A stretch of 42,142 nt of DNA from the NCBI GenBank assembly GCA_035259605.1, contig DATFWF010000056.1:1-42142 (forward strand), given 5' to 3'. Position 1 is the first letter of the stretch; each line of letters starts with the position of its first letter. Position numbers and translations under genes: made by a program. Source of the stretch: Thermoanaerobaculia bacterium. GTDB taxonomy: Bacteria > Acidobacteriota > Thermoanaerobaculia > UBA5066 > Gp7-AA6. The notes beneath the pieces were generated by a model, which had not been told where the DNA came from, made no database searches, and worked only from the letters and a program-made list of their open reading frames with translations. Shown in pieces: positions 33,044 through 40,294 of the stretch.

Positions 33044-34429
33044 GTGGAAGCCAGCGCCTACGACCTCGTCGTCATCGGTTCGGGGCCGGCCGGCCAGAAG
33101 GGGGCGATCGCCGCGGCCAAGCTCGGCAAGCGCGTGGCCGTCGTCGATCGAAAGGAGCGGATCGGGGGAGTCTGCCTTCACACGGGAACCATCCCGTCGA
33201 AGACCCTGCGGGAGGCGATCCTGTACCTCTCGGGATACCGGCAGCGCGCCTTCTACGGACGCGATTACTCCCTGAAGGACGAGATTTCCGTCGGCGACCT
33301 GTCTCACCGGGTCCGCAAGGTGATGGGCCGGGAGATGGAGGTCGTTCGGGCGCAGTTGAAGCGCAACCACATCACGACGGTCCACGGCTCGGCGCGCTTC
33401 CTCGAACCCCATGCCGTGGAGGTCCAGAGCCACGAAGGAACCTCGCTGCTCCGGGCCGGGAATGTCCTGATCGCCTGCGGAACGCGCCCGGCCGAGAGCC
33501 CCACCGTCCCGCTCGATGGCCGGCGCATTCTCGACTCCGACCAGCTGCTCGAGTCCGAGCTGCTCCCGCGCGACCTGATCGTCGTCGGAGCGGGAGTGAT
33601 CGGCCTCGAGTACGCCTCGATGATGACCGCTCTCAACATCCGGGTGACGATCATCGAGCAGCGCCCCACGATCCTCGACTTCGTCGATCGCGAGATGGTC
33701 GAAGCGCTCTACTACTTCATGCGGCAGCGCGGGGCGACCTTCCGTCTCGGGGAGAAGGTCGTCTCGGTGGGACTGGACGAGCGGAGCCGGGTCGTCGCGA
33801 GCCTGGAGAGCGGGAAGCAGGTCCACGCCGACTCCCTGCTCTATACGGTGGGGCGGCAGGCCAACTCGGACCTCCTGAACCTCGAGGCAGCGGGCCTGGC
33901 GGCGGACTCCCGCGGCCGGCTCCCGGTCAACGAGCACTACCAGACCGCCGTGCCGCACATCTACGCCGCGGGCGACGTGATCGGATTCCCCTCTCTCGCT
34001 TCGACCTCGATGGAGCAGGGCCGCCTGGCGAGCTGCCACATGTTCGGCGCGCCGAGCACGAGCCGCCGGGAGTTCCTGCCCTACGGGATCTACACGATTC
34101 CGGAGATCTCGATGGTCGGCGCGACCGAGCAGGAGCTGACGGCCTCCAAGATCCCTTACGAGGTCGGACAGGCCAAGTTCGAGGAACTGGCCAAGGGCCA
34201 GATGCTCGGCGTCGACGTGGGGCTGCTGAAGATCCTCTTCGATCCGCGGTCCCTGAAGGTCCTGGGTGTTCACGCGATCGGAGAGAGCGCGGCGGAGATC
34301 ATTCACATCGGCCAGGCGGTGCTCTCCCTGGGCGCCACGATCGAGTACTTCCGAGACACGACGTTCAATTACCCGACCCTCGCCGAGGCCTACAAGGTCG
34401 CCGGCCTGGACGGCCTGAACCGCCTCTAG
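33044..34429 (+). CDS. sthA: Soluble pyridine nucleotide transhydrogenase-like flavoprotein (SthA/UdhA type)
   Basis: YDLVVIGSGPAGQKGAIAAAKLGKRVAVVDRKERIGGVCLHTGTIPSK matches the SthA pattern: a single Cys, with T in place of the second Cys of the CxxxxC. A second Rossmann motif IVVGAGVIGLEYA, then the dimerisation domain. The start is uncertain: GTG 33044 is preferred over ATG 32882, which would overlap bcp by 47 nt and add a low-complexity tail. Confidence 0.8.
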   Translation: MEASAYDLVVIGSGPAGQKGAIAAAKLGKRVAVVDRKERIGGVCLHTGTIPSKTLREAILYLSGYRQRAFYGRDYSLKDEISVGDLSHRVRKVMGREMEVVRAQLKRNHITTVHGSARFLEPHAVEVQSHEGTSLLRAGNVLIACGTRPAESPTVPLDGRRILDSDQLLESELLPRDLIVVGAGVIGLEYASMMTALNIRVTIIEQRPTILDFVDREMVEALYYFMRQRGATFRLGEKVVSVGLDERSRVVASLESGKQVHADSLLYTVGRQANSDLLNLEAAGLAADSRGRLPVNEHYQTAVPHIYAAGDVIGFPSLASTSMEQGRLASCHMFGAPSTSRREFLPYGIYTIPEISMVGATEQELTASKIPYEVGQAKFEELAKGQMLGVDVGLLKILFDPRSLKVLGVHAIGESAAEIIHIGQAVLSLGATIEYFRDTTFNYPTLAEAYKVAGLDGLNRL

Positions 34430-34484
34430 ACCGCGGCTCCCGGAGGGGTATGATCCGCTTTCCGAAAACTACTAGGAGGGCGGA

Positions 34485-35144
34485 ATGCTGAAGATTGGAG
34501 ATACGGCTCCGGATTTCGAGGCGGACACCACCGAAGGGCACATCAAGTTTCACGAGTGGCTCGGGAATTCGTGGGGCGTGCTGTTCTCGCACCCCAAGGA
34601 CTTCACGCCGATCTGCACGACCGAGCTCGGCTACATGGCGAAGATCAAACCCGAGTTCGATAAGCGCGGCGTCAAGATCGTCGGGCTGTCCGTCGATCCC
34701 GTGACCTCTCACTCGAAGTGGGCCAACGACATCCAGGAGACGCAGGGCCACGCGCCCAACTATCCGATGATCGGGGACCCGCAGCTGAAAGTCGCGAAGG
34801 CGTGGGGAATGCTCCCGGCGGACCTGGAGGGGAGCTGCGAAGGCCGCACTCCCGCGGACAACCAGACCGTCCGCAACGTCTTCGTCATCGGGCCGGACAA
34901 GAAGATCAAGCTCATCCTGGTTTACCCGATGACGACCGGGCGCAACTTCGACGAGGTGCTGCGGGTGATCGATTCGCTCCAGCTCACGGCGAAGCACAAG
35001 GTGGCGACGCCGGTCAACTGGAAGCATGGCGAGGACGTCATCATCGCGGGCTCGGTCAACGACGAGGACGCCAAGAAGCTGTGGCCCTCGGGCTGGAAGT
35101 CGCCCAAGCCCTACATCCGGATCGTGCCCCAGCCTCGCGGCTGA
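34485..35144 (+). CDS. 1-Cys (Prx6-type) peroxiredoxin
   Basis: GDTAPDFEADTTEGHIKFHEWLGNSWGVLFSHPKDFTPICTTELG is the Prx6 signature with Cys in the PxxxTPxCTTE motif. Also VIDSLQLT, PVNWK and IVPQP. Confidence 0.9.
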   Translation: MLKIGDTAPDFEADTTEGHIKFHEWLGNSWGVLFSHPKDFTPICTTELGYMAKIKPEFDKRGVKIVGLSVDPVTSHSKWANDIQETQGHAPNYPMIGDPQLKVAKAWGMLPADLEGSCEGRTPADNQTVRNVFVIGPDKKIKLILVYPMTTGRNFDEVLRVIDSLQLTAKHKVATPVNWKHGEDVIIAGSVNDEDAKKLWPSGWKSPKPYIRIVPQPRG

Positions 35145-35168
35145 AGCCTTCTCGGACCGGTGATGTGA

Positions 35169-35201
35169 ACGCGCGGGTCCTGCGACCCGCGCGTTTTTTT
35201 T
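35169..35201 (+). terminator. Rho-independent terminator closing the bcp-sthA-prx unit
   Basis: Perfect 11-bp stem ACGCGCGGGTC / GACCCGCGCGT (35169-35179 pairing with 35184-35194), loop CTGC, followed by a run of 8 T (35194-35201). Confidence 0.9.
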
Positions 35202-35219
35202 GCTCGAGACCCGGCAGAC

Positions 35220-37850
35220 CTACTGGTGGATCCTGTAGACCGTCCCGTTGGAGAGCGAGACGACGTAGAGGTTGCCGTCGGGTCCCGTGACGATGTCCGT
35301 CCCGATCCCGAAGTTCTTCCCGGCGATCAGGGCCTCGCTTTGCCCCTCGTCGAACTTGTAGTCGTTGTCGTCCACGTCGTCTTTGAGCCCCTTGCCCGCC
35401 AGGTTGAAATGCTTGCGGGAGTTGTCGAAGGTGAACTCGAAGAGGTACCCGCCGGCGAGGAACGTGCGGGCGGCGCCGACGAACAGGTTGCCGGCGTGCT
35501 GCGAGCCGAGGCCGTTGCCCGCGAACCCGATGGCGGCCGGCGCCACGGCCCACTTCCAGCTGAACTCCGGCCCGTCGTAGCGCGAGCCGGGAAGGACGAA
35601 GAAGCGATTCCGGGCGGCGCCGGGAGAGTCGGCGATCCGCATCGGCGGCCAGCGGACCTGCTGCAGCGCCGGGATGAAGGTCGCCGGGTCGATCGCGCTG
35701 AAGGGGAGGTTGCCCGCGACCGGGAGGTTCCCCTGGAGGGGCGTGAACGAGGTCTCGATCCTCTTCAACTCGTCTAGCCGCGCGAGCTTGCCCATGATCT
35801 GGATCCAGCCGCCGTTGGACCCGGGCGTGACCTGGTTCATCTCGTCGCCGGTGTCGTCCCCGTTCTCCGACTCCCAGAGCAGGCCCGTCGCGGGATCGAA
35901 AGCCAGCCCGAAGCCGTTGCGCCGGCCGTAGGAATAGACCTTGCGGAGATTCGCGCGCACCTCGGCGAGCTGGGCCGGAGAGAGGTTGACGCCCGCGTCG
36001 AGCTCGAGCTGCGAGATCTCGGCGGCCGTGATGCCGGCGAAGGGATTGTCGTCCGGAGTCGAGCCGTCCGGGTTCAACCGGAAGATGACGCCGGTCAAGT
36101 GCGCGTTGTCGGGCTCCGGTCCGCCGAACTGGTCATCGGGCAGCCCCGGGCCGAAGGGCCCGCTCGCCAGGTTCTGCATCTGGCCGCGCCGGCCCTGGTC
36201 GCCGATCTGGAAGTAGAGCTTGCCGTCGGGGCCGAAGGCGATCTTGCCGCCGTCGTGGTTTCCCCGCATCGGCTGGTTGGCGTCGGCCTGGAACGCCCTC
36301 AGCTGGATGATGTTCTTGTCCAAGGTCAGCGTGCTGGTGGCGGGATTCCAGACGAAGCGGTCCACGCGGTTGCCCAGCAGCGGCACGTCGGCGAGGTTCG
36401 CGCTGTCGCTGGCGGTGCTGCTCTGTGTCCAGTAGAGATAGACCCCCTTCGTGGTGGCGAAATCCGGTTGAAGGGCGATGCCGAGCAGGCCTCGCTCCGA
36501 GGCGGAGTTGACCGGGAGGTCCAGGGCCGTGCCCGCGACCGCGCCTCCCACGACGTGCTGGACCTTGCCGCTGGCCTTCTCGAGCACCAGGAATTCCCCG
36601 GGGCCGAGGAAGGCCATGCTCGTCGGCTGCTCCAGACCGGAGACGACGGTCGAGACCAGGAGCGCGGGATCGGTCATCTCCGGCGGCTCCGGCGGCGGCA
36701 GCGACGCGGGGTTAACCGTGAGCCTTCCGAAGAGGCCGTGCTCCTCGCCGCCGATCCCGGCCGTGAAGTAGAGGCTGCTCGAGGACCCTCCGGCGACCCC
36801 GAGGCCGAACTGCAGCGCCCAGAGGCCGGGATTGACGATCGCCGCGTTGGAGGAGTCCCGGACCTTCCCGAGGAAGTCGCCCGAGTCGAAATCGAACGCG
36901 TTGATCATGCCGTCGCCGAAATTGCCGACGAAGAGCGCGTTGTTGAAGTTGCCGAATCCCTGGAACGGCGCCCACGCCATGCCCCACGGCGAGTTGAGCT
37001 GTCCCTGGCTGGTGAACCGGTTGACGAGCTTGCCGTGCGTGTCGAAGATGTCCACGAAGCCGTGGCCCGCGCCGGGGACGTCGTCCTCCCTGTCCGCGTC
37101 CTGCTGGGCGTAGGTCACGTACAGCTTCGCGTTGATCGACGCGATTCCGAAGGGCGCGAATCCCTTTGGGATCTTGTGATCCTTGAAGCCTCCGGGGATG
37201 CTGACCGGCTGGAAGTTCGAATCGAAGACATCCACCGTGCCCTCGTGAAAGTTGGTGGCGAAGAGAAACGCGCCGTCCTCGTTGAACCCGATCGCCAGTC
37301 CCTTGTAGATCGCGCCGGAGGCCGACTTGTTGACGGCGATGATGGCGTTGGTCGGATCGACGCTGCTGTTCCAGCCGGCGATCGTCCCGTTCTCTGTGGC
37401 GAAGAGCTCCGTGGCGGGAGCCGTTCCGCCTCCCCCGGTGATCTGGAAGCCGCCCGTCGCGTTGGTGGCGACTCCCGTCGGCTTCGAGGTCCCGCCGCCT
37501 GGGACCGGGATCGTCACGACGAGGGGCGAGCCGGACGGAATCGGCTGCCCGGTGCCGTCATAGGTCGTCGCCTTTCCGGTCTTGTTGTCGGAAATCCAGA
37601 GCCCGCTGTTGGTGCCGAGGGTCATGCCCCACGGGTTCGCCAGGTTCGCGTCGGTTCTCGCCGCCATGCCACCGATGTCCGAGACCAGGTTCGTCTGGGT
37701 GAACGTCGTCGTGACGGCCGTGGTCGCCGAGTGCAGCCGAGCCGCGAGGGCGATCGCGGCGAGGGACAGGGTGAGGATGATGAGGGCCCGCGCCGATCGT
37801 CGCGGACCGCGCGTCGAGAGAGCCTTTCGCAGGGGATGGTGGGTGGCCAT
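35220..37850 (-). CDS. Secreted fusion protein: TIGR03118-like propeller (N-terminal half) plus PQQ-dependent sugar dehydrogenase-like (GSDH/sorbosone dehydrogenase) propeller (C-terminal half)
   Basis: AAGGAG lies 7 nt before ATG 37850 (MATHHPLRK..., TM/signal ALIILTLSLAAIALAA). N-terminal half: TNLVSD, NPWGM, YKGLA, LNSPWGMAWAP, VGNFGDGMINAFD, GLWALQFG, EEHGLFG. Pro-rich linker LPPPEPPE. C-terminal half: GLEQPTSMAFLGPGEFLVLEKASGKV, ERGLLGIALQPDF, NHDGGKIAFGPDG. Confidence 0.8.
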   Translation of the reverse strand: MATHHPLRKALSTRGPRRSARALIILTLSLAAIALAARLHSATTAVTTTFTQTNLVSDIGGMAARTDANLANPWGMTLGTNSGLWISDNKTGKATTYDGTGQPIPSGSPLVVTIPVPGGGTSKPTGVATNATGGFQITGGGGTAPATELFATENGTIAGWNSSVDPTNAIIAVNKSASGAIYKGLAIGFNEDGAFLFATNFHEGTVDVFDSNFQPVSIPGGFKDHKIPKGFAPFGIASINAKLYVTYAQQDADREDDVPGAGHGFVDIFDTHGKLVNRFTSQGQLNSPWGMAWAPFQGFGNFNNALFVGNFGDGMINAFDFDSGDFLGKVRDSSNAAIVNPGLWALQFGLGVAGGSSSSLYFTAGIGGEEHGLFGRLTVNPASLPPPEPPEMTDPALLVSTVVSGLEQPTSMAFLGPGEFLVLEKASGKVQHVVGGAVAGTALDLPVNSASERGLLGIALQPDFATTKGVYLYWTQSSTASDSANLADVPLLGNRVDRFVWNPATSTLTLDKNIIQLRAFQADANQPMRGNHDGGKIAFGPDGKLYFQIGDQGRRGQMQNLASGPFGPGLPDDQFGGPEPDNAHLTGVIFRLNPDGSTPDDNPFAGITAAEISQLELDAGVNLSPAQLAEVRANLRKVYSYGRRNGFGLAFDPATGLLWESENGDDTGDEMNQVTPGSNGGWIQIMGKLARLDELKRIETSFTPLQGNLPVAGNLPFSAIDPATFIPALQQVRWPPMRIADSPGAARNRFFVLPGSRYDGPEFSWKWAVAPAAIGFAGNGLGSQHAGNLFVGAARTFLAGGYLFEFTFDNSRKHFNLAGKGLKDDVDDNDYKFDEGQSEALIAGKNFGIGTDIVTGPDGNLYVVSLSNGTVYRIHQ

Positions 37851-38005
37851 GAGCGATCTCCTTACTGAAAGTGATTGGAAGTCGGGCAATCCTTCCGATG
37901 CCTGGAGACCGTTTTCCGGAGAGGGGTTCGCGCTGGGCCTCCAGGAGTCCTGCGGGATGCACGCGAGGTACCAGAGGCTCGCGCGCTTAAGGGCCTCGTT
38001 AAGTT

Positions 38006-38022
38006 CTTAGCGAATCGTTAAG
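38006..38022. promoter_or_regulatory. 17-bp near-perfect palindrome in an AT-richer island upstream of the TIGR03118/GSDH gene
   Basis: CTTAGCGA-A-TCGTTAAG, 8-bp arms with one mismatch. It is flanked by further TTAAG copies at 37987-37991 and 37999-38003. Confidence 0.35.
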
Positions 38023-38059
38023 GCCTGGCCCCCGGGCGGGGGTGGCCGGCTCCCCCGGG

Positions 38060-38686
38060 CTATCGTCCGAAGAGCACTCGCAGCTGCCGTCCGCTCATGC
38101 CGGTGTCGTAGGGAGCCGTCCCGGGCTCGAACTCTCTTCCGCGCTCGAGCGGGCCGGCGGGGACGGGATCGAAGCCGGCGTCCTGGGCCAGGCGCTCCGC
38201 GACCTCCAGGGCCTCGCGGTCGTCGCCGGCGAGCGGGATCCCGACGCGGTCGCCCGTGCGGTGCGCTTCCTTCGCGAGGGTCTTGAAGTACACCGTGTTG
38301 AACGCCTTGACCCATCGCGCGCCGGGGAACATCGCCGCCGTCCATCCGGCGGAGCCTCGGGGGTGCCGGATGGCCTCACGCGCGGCGTCCCCGTCCCGCT
38401 GCTCGTAGGCGTTTCCGGTGTCCAGGACGACTTTCCCGCCGAGAAGCGGCTCGAGGTCCTTCGCAAGGCCGGGAATCGCCTTGAGAGGAACCGTCAGCAT
38501 CACGACTTCCCCGAACTTCGCGGCGTCCTCGGCCGTTCCCGCCGAAGCGTTCTTTCCGAGGCTGCGGACGAGCTGGCGAAGCTCCTCGGGGTGGCGCGAG
38601 GCGAGGCGAACCTCGTGCCCGGCGTCCGCCCAGAGCTTCGCCAGGGTCGATCCGATCATCCCGGCTCCGACGATCCCGATCCGCAT
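38060..38686 (-). CDS. NADP-binding oxidoreductase (NADPH-dependent F420 reductase / ProC-like family)
   Basis: Rossmann start MRIGIVGAGMIGSTLAKLWADAGHEVRLASR; 208 aa, the typical length and layout of NpdG-like proteins. Confidence 0.75.
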   Translation of the reverse strand: MRIGIVGAGMIGSTLAKLWADAGHEVRLASRHPEELRQLVRSLGKNASAGTAEDAAKFGEVVMLTVPLKAIPGLAKDLEPLLGGKVVLDTGNAYEQRDGDAAREAIRHPRGSAGWTAAMFPGARWVKAFNTVYFKTLAKEAHRTGDRVGIPLAGDDREALEVAERLAQDAGFDPVPAGPLERGREFEPGTAPYDTGMSGRQLRVLFGR

Positions 38687-38692
38687 GGCTTC

Positions 38693-39202
38693 TTACGCGA
38701 ACCGCGAGTCGTCGGCAGTGGGGCCGTAGATCGACGGAACGGGAGCGCCGTTCAGGCGCAAATAGACGGTGAGCTGACCGCGGTGGTGCGAGAGGTGCAT
38801 GAAGGTGTCGCGCAGCACGACGTGGCGTGGATCCTCGCTGACCGTGTTTCCGGCCACGAGAAGGCGCCAGGGTTTGAGCAGATGCTCCTCGGTCGTCGCC
38901 TTCAACGCCTTGCGGGCCTGGGCGACGCCTTCGTCGTGGGCGGAGACGAGCTCGGCTGCGGTCCGCAGCGGGCGGTGGTCGAAGTTCGACCCGGCCGCGG
39001 GCTTCAGGTCGAGATCGTCGCGCTCGAGGATCATCGAGACCCAGGTCGGCATCCGGGCGACCAAACCGGCGAGCCTCCCGAACGGCATCGACTTCTCATG
39101 CGGCTTCCAGTCGTCGCGCCCTTCCGGAAACGCTTCCAGGGCGCGGCGATCGCGTGGGGCTTCGGCTTCGAGCTGGGCCAGGAAATGTTCGGTCATCTTC
39201 AT
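38693..39202 (-). CDS. DinB-family (DinB_2/YfiT-like) four-helix-bundle protein
   Basis: GAGGAG upstream of ATG 39202 (MKMTEHFLAQLE...). C-terminal signature DTFMHLSHHRGQLTVYLRLNG. The track ORF 38693..40021 is over-extended. Confidence 0.75.
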   Translation of the reverse strand: MKMTEHFLAQLEAEAPRDRRALEAFPEGRDDWKPHEKSMPFGRLAGLVARMPTWVSMILERDDLDLKPAAGSNFDHRPLRTAAELVSAHDEGVAQARKALKATTEEHLLKPWRLLVAGNTVSEDPRHVVLRDTFMHLSHHRGQLTVYLRLNGAPVPSIYGPTADDSRFA

Positions 39203-39291
39203 AAAGCTCTCCTCAGTGCGGACGCTACCGCCTGGCTCGGGGTCTCCGAAGCGTGTCGCCTGTGCCGGGTCGTTGGAAGCGAGTGGAGTTC

Positions 39292-40281
39292 TCATGGCCA
39301 GGTTTCCCTGACGAAGGTCTGGATCTGGGAATGGCCGGAAGCGGCGGCGGGCCTCGAGGCACGGCCCTTCTTCGATCGGGCGGCCGTCTCGACGGGAGCG
39401 GCCCAGCGGGCGAGGTTCCCGACGTAGGCCCGGATGTCCGAGGCTGCCCGCGGGTTGGAGGCCATGCCGGTTCCCTCGGGCTCCGTCACGAACGAGGGGG
39501 CGCCGCGGCGGGTGTCCCAGTTGTAATCGGCGAAGTGGTGGAAGCTCGAATGGGCGACGGCGCGGCCGGGCGAGCGGCCGCCGTCCGCGGCGCCTCTCTC
39601 GAACGCGACGATGAGGTTGAAGGGGCGGCCCGTCGCCGCGCTGCGCCCGACGGCGACGACGCGGGCGGTCGGGTCCCCGGGCGGAGCCTCCACCGCGCCC
39701 TCGTGAGGATGGGCCGGGAAGAATTCGAGCGTGCGTCCCGGATCTTCCGGATCGACGAGGAGCGGGTGAACCGGGTCTACCGCCGTGACAATCTGGAAGT
39801 CCCCGTTTTGCCCGGAGTGGTAGTTGGGCCAGGAGATCGCCGCGGTGCCTCCGTCGTCCGCCCAGTGGCGCGAGGCGTCGGACTCGGGGTTGACGCTGTG
39901 GAAGTGGTTCGCCAGCCCGACGCCGCACGGCAGCGAGCACAGCGAGGAGCCCAGGTCCTGATGGTCGCGGGCGGTGACGAGCCCTCCTCCCTGGCGCCAG
40001 AACCGGTCGATGGCGGCGCATTCCGCGGCGGTCAGCCCGGCGCCCGAATCGAGCGCGAAGAGCCAGAGCTCGTCCCAGTCCAGCCGGTCGATTCCCGCCA
40101 GGATGGGATCGCTCCCCGAGGCGGAGGCGTCGCGGTTTCTCGCCGCCACGACGACCGGGCGGCCGTCCCTGCCGGACTTCTCCAGCTCGCGGCGAAGGAG
40201 AGAAAAACTGTCGATCGTCCAGTCGTCGGGCCTGGCCGGCGTCGTCGTCTGAAGCAGGATTCGGAGCGGATTCCCTTCCAT
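39292..40281 (-). CDS. Conserved hypothetical protein (possibly a class-I glutamine-amidotransferase-like/ThuA-like fold; function unknown)
   Basis: 329-aa ORF with coding-like GC3 starting 13 nt after the RND pump stop. N-terminus MEGNPLRILLQTTTPARPDDWTIDSFSLL...DELWLFALDSGAGLT...GGGLVTARDHQDLGSSLC. The fold suggestion is from pattern memory only. Confidence 0.6.
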   Translation of the reverse strand: MEGNPLRILLQTTTPARPDDWTIDSFSLLRRELEKSGRDGRPVVVAARNRDASASGSDPILAGIDRLDWDELWLFALDSGAGLTAAECAAIDRFWRQGGGLVTARDHQDLGSSLCSLPCGVGLANHFHSVNPESDASRHWADDGGTAAISWPNYHSGQNGDFQIVTAVDPVHPLLVDPEDPGRTLEFFPAHPHEGAVEAPPGDPTARVVAVGRSAATGRPFNLIVAFERGAADGGRSPGRAVAHSSFHHFADYNWDTRRGAPSFVTEPEGTGMASNPRAASDIRAYVGNLARWAAPVETAARSKKGRASRPAAASGHSQIQTFVRETWP

Positions 40282-40294
40282 GAGCCTCCTCCTT

